A stretch of DNA of 64,000 nucleotides from Candidatus Cloacimonadales bacterium (GTDB taxonomy: Bacteria; Cloacimonadota; Cloacimonadia; Cloacimonadales; JAIOQZ01): the NCBI GenBank assembly GCA_963662655.2, contig CAXXTU010000001.1, forward strand, positions 1-64,000, in the 5' to 3' direction. Below are positions 48,906 to 57,681 of this stretch, in pieces. The notes beneath the pieces were generated by a model. The model was given only the letters and a program-made list of their open reading frames with translations. It was not told the DNA's origin and made no database searches. Position 1 is the first letter of the stretch; each line of letters starts with the position of its first letter. A program made the position numbers and the translations under genes.

Positions 48906-50275
48906 GAAAAAGAGTTTTAGTAGTCGACGATGAAGCCCTCATCCGGGAATTCATCCAGAGTTTTTTTGAAGGGACACCGGAGTTCTCCGAGTGCAAGGTC
49001 GATGTCGCCGTAAACGGCGAAGAGGCGATCGCCAGGATTCGCGAGAAAACCTACGATCTGATCTTCACCGACCTCAAGATGCCGGGGAAAAGCGGCCTCG
49101 ACGTGATCAAGTTCGCGTCCGAACACTCGCCCACCACCGACACGGTGCTCCTGACGGCGTACGCGGGAGGCGAGAGCGCAGCCAAGGCAATGGCATACGG
49201 CGCATACGAGTACATCACCAAGCCGGTTCCCATCGACGAACTGGAGATGATCGTTAGGCATATCTTCGAGCGGCGCGAGCTGATCGAGGAGAACCGCGAC
49301 CTGAAGCAGCAGCTCCGCCAGAAAATTTCCTACCCCAAGATCATCGGCAGAAGCAAGAAGATCATGGACATCATGGAAGTGGTGAAGATGGTCGCTCCGA
49401 CGAACTCCACCATCCTCATCACCGGCGAAAGCGGAACGGGTAAGGAGCTCATCGCCCAGGCCATCCACGACCTCAGTCCCCGCAAAGACAAGAATTTCGT
49501 GCGCATCAACTGCGCAGCCATACCGGAGCAGCTCATCGAAAGCGAGCTCTTCGGATTCGAGAAAGGCTCCTTTACCGGCGCTATCAAGCGTACACGCGGT
49601 AAATTCGAGATGGCGCACGAGGGCTCGATCCTGCTGGACGAAATCAGCGAGATGAACCTTGACCTTCAGGCCAAATTGCTCCGCGTCATCCAGGAAAAAG
49701 AACTCACACGAATCGGTAGCGAAACCCCAGTGAAAGTCAACGCGCGTGTTATCGCGACCTCGAACCGCGATCTCTCGGCCGAGGTGGAGAAGGGCAACTT
49801 CCGCGAGGACCTCTTTTTCCGGCTGAATATCGTCCCCATCCATCTCCCGCCCCTGTGCGAGCGTCCCGAGGACGTCCCGCTGCTGGCGGATCACTTCACC
49901 AAGAAGCTCTGTTTCGAGCACGGCATCGCCAAGAAGGTGATAACGCCCGAAGTTACGGAGCTGCTGGTCACCTACAAATGGCCCGGAAACATCCGCGAGC
50001 TGCAAAACGCGATCGAACGGGCGATCATTACCAACCCGGGCGATATCCTCGACCTGAAGGCGTTCCATTTCATGGACGTCAAGCCGGCCGCCAAGGTGTC
50101 CGCATCTCCCCTGGGAGGCCTGGACGGCAAGTCGATGGCTGAAGTCGAGAAGATGATGATCTTCAACACACTCGAGAAAACCAACAACAACCGTACCGAG
50201 GCAGCCACCATCCTGGGTATCACCACGCGTACCCTGCGGAACAAACTGCACCAGTACGCGCAGGAAGACCAGTAA
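48902..50275 (+). CDS. Sigma54-dependent response regulator (FlgR/FlrC/AtoC-like)
   Basis: REC; GESGTGKE; GSFTGA; WPGNIREL; NRTEAATILGITTRTLRNKL. Confidence 0.92.
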   Translation: MRKRVLVVDDEALIREFIQSFFEGTPEFSECKVDVAVNGEEAIARIREKTYDLIFTDLKMPGKSGLDVIKFASEHSPTTDTVLLTAYAGGESAAKAMAYGAYEYITKPVPIDELEMIVRHIFERRELIEENRDLKQQLRQKISYPKIIGRSKKIMDIMEVVKMVAPTNSTILITGESGTGKELIAQAIHDLSPRKDKNFVRINCAAIPEQLIESELFGFEKGSFTGAIKRTRGKFEMAHEGSILLDEISEMNLDLQAKLLRVIQEKELTRIGSETPVKVNARVIATSNRDLSAEVEKGNFREDLFFRLNIVPIHLPPLCERPEDVPLLADHFTKKLCFEHGIAKKVITPEVTELLVTYKWPGNIRELQNAIERAIITNPGDILDLKAFHFMDVKPAAKVSASPLGGLDGKSMAEVEKMMIFNTLEKTNNNRTEAATILGITTRTLRNKLHQYAQEDQ

Positions 50276-50287
50276 TCTGGAAGGCGG

Positions 50288-51265
50288 ATGCCAAACGTGG
50301 AATTCGCTTTCGTTTCATCTGAAAACCAGTTTGTAAACGGAAATGATCCATTCTCCGACCTGAGCGTATTGCAAGCGTACGCTGAAGCGAATCAGGCTGA
50401 ACTCTGCATCCTGAAAGCGCTCGATGGCGACAACTTCCTGGCGTGGATGCCGGTATTTCTCAAGAAGAAGGCCAATATTCCCGTTGCGATCACACCCCCG
50501 CTTCTCCCCTACATCCCCATCGTTTTCCCCGGAAGCGACGACGGTTCAGCGAACGCGAAGCAGTGGAGCCACGTGGAGATCATGCAAGGGTTTTCCGGGA
50601 AGTTACAGGATTCCTGCCGGCGCTTACTGATCAACCTCCCAACCGGTATCACCGACGTTCGAGGCTTCCAGTGGAGCGGTTTTTCCGCAATCCCGCGCTA
50701 CACGTACGTCTACTCATTGAAGGAAGGCGTGCGTTATCAGCGTCTGAAGTACCGGGATATCAAACGCGCCGGGGAGCTCGATCCCGAGATGGTGGAAGAG
50801 AAGAACATCCCGCTTTTCCTCGCGCTGAAAGAGGAAACGTATCAAAAACAATCGAAGCGATTTCCCTACAACGACGTTATACATCAAGAACTGCTGGAAA
50901 AACTCTTTGCAACCGGCTTCCTCAGGCAATTCACCGTCCGGTGCAACGGCAGGGATGTTTCCACGCAGCTAATTTACGAGGGCAAGAAAACGGTTTACAC
51001 ATGGCAGGGATTTACGAATCGAGACTTTCTGCGGGAGGGGATCACCACCTGGATCAACGACAGCTTGATCCGCCATTACCGCCCGACGCACGAGTCCTTC
51101 GATTTCTGCGGGGCGAACATCCCGGATATCGCAAAATACAAGAGTGGCTTCGGAGGCGAATTGACACCCTACTATCAGCTTCAGTGGACGGATTCTCCAC
51201 TGCTGGAATCGCTGCTGGACCACACGAAAAATCTCACCGGCCTGAGAAAGAAGCTTTTCTCGTAG
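50288..51265 (+). CDS. GNAT/FemAB-like acyltransferase
   Basis: F.W.GF...PRYTY; FDFCGANIPDIAKYKSGFGG. Confidence 0.75.
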   Translation: MPNVEFAFVSSENQFVNGNDPFSDLSVLQAYAEANQAELCILKALDGDNFLAWMPVFLKKKANIPVAITPPLLPYIPIVFPGSDDGSANAKQWSHVEIMQGFSGKLQDSCRRLLINLPTGITDVRGFQWSGFSAIPRYTYVYSLKEGVRYQRLKYRDIKRAGELDPEMVEEKNIPLFLALKEETYQKQSKRFPYNDVIHQELLEKLFATGFLRQFTVRCNGRDVSTQLIYEGKKTVYTWQGFTNRDFLREGITTWINDSLIRHYRPTHESFDFCGANIPDIAKYKSGFGGELTPYYQLQWTDSPLLESLLDHTKNLTGLRKKLFS

Positions 51266-51297
51266 CCGGAACTTAGCTTTGACATGAGAGTAACACA

Positions 51298-53061
51298 ATG
51301 ATTTCCATATTCATAGATAACAAGCTGGACATCTACCAGCGAGAAATTCGCTACACGTTCGATTTCATCTTCAAGACACTCGGTTACAATCACAAGTACA
51401 TACGCAAAAGCAGCGAGGCGGGGGAGCAAGACATCATCTTCGCCTACAGCCTCACCCAGCCCACGGACGAAGAGCTTCTCCTTCTGGGAGAGGACCGCAT
51501 CATTTTCTATTCGCCGGTGGAGATCGACCTCTACAATCCCGAGAAACTCACGCAGGAAAATATCGCCAACCTGCTGAAAGAAATCGCGTTCGAGAAGAAA
51601 CCCATTCCGGTGCTGGCCCAGGGCAACCTGAACAGCCCGATCCACTTCAACATCGCCGAGCAGCACTTCATCAGTCGCTTCCTCTTCGACGTAGTGGGCA
51701 ATATCTTCTTCAACCTTTCCCACTCTGGGGCGCAAAACAGCCAGAAAAAGGACGAGTTCGGCAGGGTGCGCGACGACGCATATCCTTTCGGTTCATATTC
51801 GAGCTTCCCCTACATCAACATGTTCTTGTGGCTCATCGACAGCACGATCCACCACGCCATCGACCGGCATCGAGGATACCTGCTACGCAAATCGATCTGG
51901 CCCAAGGGCGAGGAGGCGGCCGCGTCCCTCACGTTCACGATCAATCGCCTGCAAAAGTGGTCGTTCTCGCGCTTCGTGGCCTCGTTCTTCGAGGATTTCC
52001 TCCTCTTCCTGACGCTCAAGTGGAACATCTGGGGACGAAGCTTTAGCAGCAAATGCCGCTACCTTTTCACCAACATCGAGCAATACTGGAACTTCGACGC
52101 CATCACCGAGATTCTGGACGAGCACTCGCTGAAGAGCACCTACTTCTTCTCGGTCCAAAAAACCGGCAAAATAGGAGCCGATTACTCCCTCGACGACGAT
52201 GAGGACTTACAGGAGATCGTGAAAGCGAACCTGGAGAAGGGGCACGACATAGGCCTCCTGGGCTCATTCGATCATTACAAGAGCGAGCGGATGAAGGAGC
52301 ACAAGGACTTCCTTCGCAACACATTCGATATCCGCGACCTGGGCATCCGGCAGGATAAATATCGCTGGGACGCGCAGGTAACGCCCGAGATTCACAGCAA
52401 GATGAACATGCTTTACGATTCCAGCGTCACCTACAACGAGCGAAACGGATTCAAGAACGGCATCGCGTACCCGTACTTCCCGTACGCGAAGAAACTCGCG
52501 GCCAAAAGGCACTTCCAGTTCGTGGAAATGCAGCCTGCCTTCTGCGACGAACACCTCCGCCTCTCCAAGCATCGCTCCCTTTCGCTGGATAAATCGCAAA
52601 TGGTCGTTCGCAACCTCATCAATTCGGTTTCGGGCGTCAACGGTCATATCGTTTTCGATTTCAACATATCCAATTTCTGCGATATTTCGCACAACGACAA
52701 GCTCCTCGACTACACCATCGACCTGCTTACGCAGAACGATATCTACATCGCGCCGCTGCAAGACATCGCCAAGTGGTGGAATCGCCGCGACCGCATTCAA
52801 ATCTACGAGAATCCCAACGAGATCATGATCTACGTGCAGGACAACATGGAACGCTTCACGGTCGAACTGCTGGGCAAGATGAAAATACTCAGCATCGACG
52901 GCGCGGAATACATGCTCAGCGGGAAGAAAATCCGGTTCGTGAAGGTCGCTCCGGGAACAACCATCACCATCAAGCTCGATCCTGTCCTGACGATCAGGAA
53001 ATTCGCTCAGGAAGAAGACATCCCGGGTGATCGGAAGAAAGATGACGCAGCAAAAGAGTAA
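51298..53061 (+). CDS. Polysaccharide deacetylase-like protein, possibly catalytically degenerate
   Basis: WP.G.....LT..I; KSTYFF; GHDIGL; GIRQ...R; YDSS......GFKNG..YPY. Confidence 0.65.
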   Translation: MISIFIDNKLDIYQREIRYTFDFIFKTLGYNHKYIRKSSEAGEQDIIFAYSLTQPTDEELLLLGEDRIIFYSPVEIDLYNPEKLTQENIANLLKEIAFEKKPIPVLAQGNLNSPIHFNIAEQHFISRFLFDVVGNIFFNLSHSGAQNSQKKDEFGRVRDDAYPFGSYSSFPYINMFLWLIDSTIHHAIDRHRGYLLRKSIWPKGEEAAASLTFTINRLQKWSFSRFVASFFEDFLLFLTLKWNIWGRSFSSKCRYLFTNIEQYWNFDAITEILDEHSLKSTYFFSVQKTGKIGADYSLDDDEDLQEIVKANLEKGHDIGLLGSFDHYKSERMKEHKDFLRNTFDIRDLGIRQDKYRWDAQVTPEIHSKMNMLYDSSVTYNERNGFKNGIAYPYFPYAKKLAAKRHFQFVEMQPAFCDEHLRLSKHRSLSLDKSQMVVRNLINSVSGVNGHIVFDFNISNFCDISHNDKLLDYTIDLLTQNDIYIAPLQDIAKWWNRRDRIQIYENPNEIMIYVQDNMERFTVELLGKMKILSIDGAEYMLSGKKIRFVKVAPGTTITIKLDPVLTIRKFAQEEDIPGDRKKDDAAKE

Positions 53062-55438
53062 TCGCAAACTCGCGGTAATGCTGACGCTCGCCCACCGCGG
53101 CGACGACGTGCGGCTGTACCATAAACTGGGGCGATCCCTGGCAAAAAAGTACGACGTCTCGCTGATCACTCCGGTGAAAGTCAAACTCGACACCGGCTCG
53201 GATCCCATCCCGAATTTCGAAGTGGTCAACATCGCTTGCAAGGGAAGATTCGATACGCTTTTGAAACTCTATCATACGGCTTGCCGAATGAAACCCGATG
53301 TCATCATCTGCATCGAACCGCAAACCATTCTTCCGGCGATATTGGTCAGGCGCGCAAGACAATCGGCTCTCATCTACGATTGCCACGAATTTTACGGCGA
53401 GAGCTTCAGCGAGCGTTTCCCCGCCCCCCTCAGAAAACCGGCCCGGTGGTTCTACCGTGCTCTGGAGAACTTTTTGGCTCACAGAGTAGACGGCATCATC
53501 GCCGTGAACGAAGTGATTGCCAGGAGATTCGAGCAGTTCACGGATCACATGGCGCTGTGCCCCAATTTCCTGAACAAACACATCGATTCGGCTGAACAAG
53601 AGCCGGTGGAGAAAGAATACGACCTGATTTACGCGGGTGGAATGCTGATCGAGAAGGGAATACTCGTCATTCTGCAAGCAATGAACGGACTGCGGGAGCG
53701 CTTTCCGGAGCTTCGCGTGCTTTTCCTCGGGAAATTTTACAATCAAGCCACGGAAGAGCAGTTTTTCAGCGCTGTCAAGCAACTCGGGATCGAGAAGCAC
53801 GTTGTCTACGGCGGTCAGGTCTCGCATCTCGAGGCGGCGGCAGCCATGCAGAAGACGCGCCTGGGCGTTGTCATGATGAATCCGGCATACAACCGCTATT
53901 GGGATTCGCTTCCCCTCAAGTTCATGGAATTCCTCAACGCCGGGCTGCCAGTCATCGCCCAGAACATGCCGATATTGCAGCACGTGGTCGAAGAACATCA
54001 AGTGGGAGCTTGTGTCGATTTTACGGCGGAATCGCTTGCGAGCGCAGTGGAGAAACTCCTTTCCAAAAGTGATGCCGACGGGCAGGCTATGTGCAGGAGA
54101 GCTCGTGAAGCGGCGCGGAAACTGTTCATGTGGGAAAATATCGAGGCCGACCTTCTGAAGATGGTTGCGAACACGCTTCGCAAGCGCCTTCTGATGTTCG
54201 CCTATTTCTACCCGCCATTGGGTGCTTCCGGCGTTCAACGCCCCTGCAAGATGGTGTGGTACTTGCGGCAGCAAGGAATCCTCTCGGACGTTATCTCGGT
54301 TAAGGATATCGTGTTTCACTCGTACGACCACGAGATGGTGCGCCAGTGCGGGCACAGAAGCCTCACCCGCACCAAGTCGCTTGATCCGATGTCCATCCTG
54401 AAGAAGATGCTACCTTCCCGCAAGGGCAGCGAAGTCTATTTCCAGACCGCCGAGTGGAAAAAGCGTCTTGTACGTGGTATATGGCCTATCGACGACAAGA
54501 TAGGCTGGCTCCCGTTCGCGCTTTCGGCTGCATTGTGTCGGAAAAACCGACCGGCTGCCGTCATGGCAACCACCGGTCCCTACACGGGTGGGCTTGCCGC
54601 ATACATCTACAGTAAGTTGACCGGAATCCCGCTTGCGATCGACTATCGCGACTCCTATACCGATCACCCCTATCTCGGTTTCCTCACTCCCGTTCATCGC
54701 TTGTTCGCACAGTTCGTGGAGAGATGCGTCCTCGAAAGGGCGTTCCTCGTTTCGACCGCGGCCGACGACATGAAAGAGAAGCTCATCGCAAGGTATGGCA
54801 ACCATTTACGGCAGAAGACGCACGTGATGTACAATGGATGGGATAAACGTGATTTCCACGAGTCTGTTGAGCCAAATCCCGATCGAAAGATCGTCCGCTT
54901 CTGCTATCTCGGGAATTTCTACGGGCTGCAGAGCGTGGAATTTTTCATCCGGGCCCTTCGCGAATTGCAGCAGGAAGAACGTTTACCGGATGATGTGGAA
55001 TTCTCCTTTACAGGTAACTACTTCTTTGAAACGCTGAACTTCCTGAACGATGCGAATCTCGCATCGAAGATTCATGTTCACCGTCAGGTGGAGCACACGC
55101 AGGCCGTTACCCGGATGATGCAGGCGGACGCGCTGCTTCTGTTCGTTGCGACCCCCAGGGGTAAGGGAATCCTCACCGGCAAGGTGTTCGAGTACCTCCG
55201 CAGCGGCAGGGAAATCCTGGCGATGGTTCCACCCGATGGAGAAGTTGCCGGCATCCTGCGGGACTGCAACTATCAGGATATCTGTCCGATGGAGGATGTG
55301 GGAGCTATCAAGGAGAAATTCCTGGCTGTTTATCACCGGATAAAGGCCGGGGAAACACCGGCGCATCCGAACATCGAAAAGTACTCCAGAGAGAGCCAGC
55401 TCGATGGCTGGATCAAGGTATTAAAGGAGCGATTCTAG
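53042..55438 (+). CDS. Fused double GT4 glycosyltransferase
   Basis: First GT4 (YDCHE, PLKFMEFLNAGLPVI); second GT4 (AYFYPP.G.SGVQR, DYRD, GKVFEYL). Confidence 0.85.
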   Translation: MTQQKSNRKLAVMLTLAHRGDDVRLYHKLGRSLAKKYDVSLITPVKVKLDTGSDPIPNFEVVNIACKGRFDTLLKLYHTACRMKPDVIICIEPQTILPAILVRRARQSALIYDCHEFYGESFSERFPAPLRKPARWFYRALENFLAHRVDGIIAVNEVIARRFEQFTDHMALCPNFLNKHIDSAEQEPVEKEYDLIYAGGMLIEKGILVILQAMNGLRERFPELRVLFLGKFYNQATEEQFFSAVKQLGIEKHVVYGGQVSHLEAAAAMQKTRLGVVMMNPAYNRYWDSLPLKFMEFLNAGLPVIAQNMPILQHVVEEHQVGACVDFTAESLASAVEKLLSKSDADGQAMCRRAREAARKLFMWENIEADLLKMVANTLRKRLLMFAYFYPPLGASGVQRPCKMVWYLRQQGILSDVISVKDIVFHSYDHEMVRQCGHRSLTRTKSLDPMSILKKMLPSRKGSEVYFQTAEWKKRLVRGIWPIDDKIGWLPFALSAALCRKNRPAAVMATTGPYTGGLAAYIYSKLTGIPLAIDYRDSYTDHPYLGFLTPVHRLFAQFVERCVLERAFLVSTAADDMKEKLIARYGNHLRQKTHVMYNGWDKRDFHESVEPNPDRKIVRFCYLGNFYGLQSVEFFIRALRELQQEERLPDDVEFSFTGNYFFETLNFLNDANLASKIHVHRQVEHTQAVTRMMQADALLLFVATPRGKGILTGKVFEYLRSGREILAMVPPDGEVAGILRDCNYQDICPMEDVGAIKEKFLAVYHRIKAGETPAHPNIEKYSRESQLDGWIKVLKERF

Positions 55439-55440
55439 AA

Positions 55441-56547
55441 ATGAAAAAGAAGAAGATTGCCGAAGTTGTTCAACTGCAAATCCTCTACGGCTCGCAACGT
55501 GTCGCGCTGGATATCTGCGAACAACTTGACCGCGAGAAGTACGATATTTGCGTGCTGTGCGCTCCTTCGAACGACGACGGGAACGCCTTCGTTCGTGAAG
55601 TGAAACGCCTGCGCTTGCAATTGCACGTCGTGCCGCATTATCAGCGTTCCATTGGCCTGCCGGACCTTTTCGCTTTCTTCGAATTCCTGGCATTCTTCAA
55701 AAAGAACAAATTCGACATCGTGCACACCCACGGCTCCAAAGCGGGATTTCTCGCGAGAATCGCAGCCAGAGTCGCGGGAGTCCCACTCGTGATACACACC
55801 GTCCACGGCGTTCCGTATCACAATTGTCTTTCCAGGTACGCGCAATGGTTCTTCAAATCGCTGGAGCGCTTCGCCGGGATGTTCGCGCATCGCATCGTTT
55901 TCGTGAGCGACAACCAGCGCAGGCAGGCGATCAGGGAAAGGATCGTTCCTGCCGATAAAGCCGTCACCATATACAACGGCGTGACCGAGATCGAGCGAGA
56001 TCCACGAAAATATTCCGGTGATAAGCTCTTGATCGGCGCGGTGGGAAGATTCTGGACGCAAAAGAATTTCATCGTTACCATCAAAGCGGCCATCGAGGCC
56101 TGCAAGAAGAACCCGGCTCTGCAATTCGCCTTCCTTGGCGATGGCGAATACTACGAACAATGCCTCGGCATGATCAAGGAAAATAAGCTTGAGGATCGCA
56201 TTATCCTCCCGGGCTGGCAGGACAACGTTTCGGCCTGGCTGGATCGCTTCGACGTCTTTCTGCTCTATTCGCTCTGGGAAGGGCTGCCCGTCGCCATCAT
56301 CGAAGCCATGAACATGGGTCTCCCCATCATCGCATCGGACATCGACGGCAACAACGAGCTTGTGGACGACCGGAACGGTTTCCTGGTAGATGTGAAGAAG
56401 CCGGATGAGTTGGTTGAGCTTCTGGTTTCCCTGACAGACAAGAAAGATCGACTGGAAGACATGAGCAAACAATCCATTCAAAAGATCCGGGAGCGTTTCC
56501 AGCTGAGCCGGATGCTAGAGGAATACATCAGGAATTATGAAAACTGA
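55441..56547 (+). CDS. GT4 glycosyltransferase
   Basis: DIVHTHGSKAG, HTVHG, SLWEGLPVAIIEAM. Confidence 0.92.
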   Translation: MKKKKIAEVVQLQILYGSQRVALDICEQLDREKYDICVLCAPSNDDGNAFVREVKRLRLQLHVVPHYQRSIGLPDLFAFFEFLAFFKKNKFDIVHTHGSKAGFLARIAARVAGVPLVIHTVHGVPYHNCLSRYAQWFFKSLERFAGMFAHRIVFVSDNQRRQAIRERIVPADKAVTIYNGVTEIERDPRKYSGDKLLIGAVGRFWTQKNFIVTIKAAIEACKKNPALQFAFLGDGEYYEQCLGMIKENKLEDRIILPGWQDNVSAWLDRFDVFLLYSLWEGLPVAIIEAMNMGLPIIASDIDGNNELVDDRNGFLVDVKKPDELVELLVSLTDKKDRLEDMSKQSIQKIRERFQLSRMLEEYIRNYEN

Positions 56548-57631
56548 TCTGCTGCTGGGCATTTCTCTGTTCCTGGGTGGGCTGCTGGCGACCTATATTC
56601 TCACTCCGCTATTCATCCGCGTTGCCGGAGCGCTGCGTCTCATCGATCAGCCGCACGAGCGCGGAATACACATTAAAGGAACTCCGACCGGCGGTGGCCT
56701 GTGCTTCGGAATCCCGACGCTCGCGCTGCAGTACGTCGTGTACCATTTCACGAAGAACCAGGACATCCTTGCGCTGATGGCGTGCGGAGCCGGCATCCTC
56801 GTGATCGGTTACATCGACGATCGCTGGAGGCTGCGCGCGTATCGCAAACTCTTCCTTCAGATCATCGTCGTTACGGCCGCTTTCTTCCTTGGTTTCCGCA
56901 CTGAAAGCCTCACCAATCCATTCGGCGCGCCGCTCGAAATGGGCCTCCTCACGTATCCGTTAACGTTGTTCTGGTTTTTATTGGTCATGAACGCGATCAA
57001 CCTCATTGATGGCATCGACGGCGCTGCGGCAGGCATCGCGACGATCGTGTCCCTCACGCTCGTCACCGTAGGCATCCACTACGACAACTATATCGTTGTC
57101 CACCTTCTGCTGATCATCATCGGTACGTGCCTGGCGTTTCTCCGGTACAATTTCAATCCTGCAAAGCTTTTCATGGGCGACACCGGAAGCCTCTTTCTGG
57201 GATTCAATCTGGCGGCGATTTCCATGATGGGTGTCGGCCCAGCAAAAGGTGTCACGGCCATGACGATGTTGATTCCCATTATCGTGCTATTTATCCCGTT
57301 GTTTGACACCCTGCTCGCAGTCGCACGGAGAATCAGCCGCACGACAAACATCTTCTCCGCCGATCGCGATCACCTGCATCACAAGCTGCTCGCTTTCGGT
57401 TTCTCGCAGAGGACCGTTGCGGCGATTATTTACTTCATTACCATTCTGTTCGGGCTGATTGCCATCGGTTTCTCCCTGGCCACCGACCGCGTAATGAACG
57501 TCCTGCTGCTGGTCTTGAGTTTCTTCCTGATGTTCATTTTCTACTACCTGATTCGAACGGTTAAAAAAGTTACCATAAAATACCGGGATTCACACCCGAA
57601 CGAATCGCAAAACGAAAAACAAGAGAAATAA
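56537..57631 (+). CDS. wecA: Undecaprenyl-phosphate GlcNAc-1-phosphate transferase (WecA/TagO, MraY family)
   Basis: D.P..R.IH...TP.GGG, GYIDD, NAINLIDGIDG, FMGDTGS, DRDHLHH. Confidence 0.88.
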   Translation: MKTDLLLGISLFLGGLLATYILTPLFIRVAGALRLIDQPHERGIHIKGTPTGGGLCFGIPTLALQYVVYHFTKNQDILALMACGAGILVIGYIDDRWRLRAYRKLFLQIIVVTAAFFLGFRTESLTNPFGAPLEMGLLTYPLTLFWFLLVMNAINLIDGIDGAAAGIATIVSLTLVTVGIHYDNYIVVHLLLIIIGTCLAFLRYNFNPAKLFMGDTGSLFLGFNLAAISMMGVGPAKGVTAMTMLIPIIVLFIPLFDTLLAVARRISRTTNIFSADRDHLHHKLLAFGFSQRTVAAIIYFITILFGLIAIGFSLATDRVMNVLLLVLSFFLMFIFYYLIRTVKKVTIKYRDSHPNESQNEKQEK

Positions 57632-57681
57632 AAAATGTATCGTAACGTTATACTTGCAGAAACAAATATGCGGAGCCAAGA

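Noticed and set aside
48917..50251. Long antisense ORFs (also 13419..14417, 35887..36891, 52994..54355, 55435..56481, 58018..59250)
   Set aside because: Shadows of well-supported genes caused by GC3-rich codon usage; no motifs
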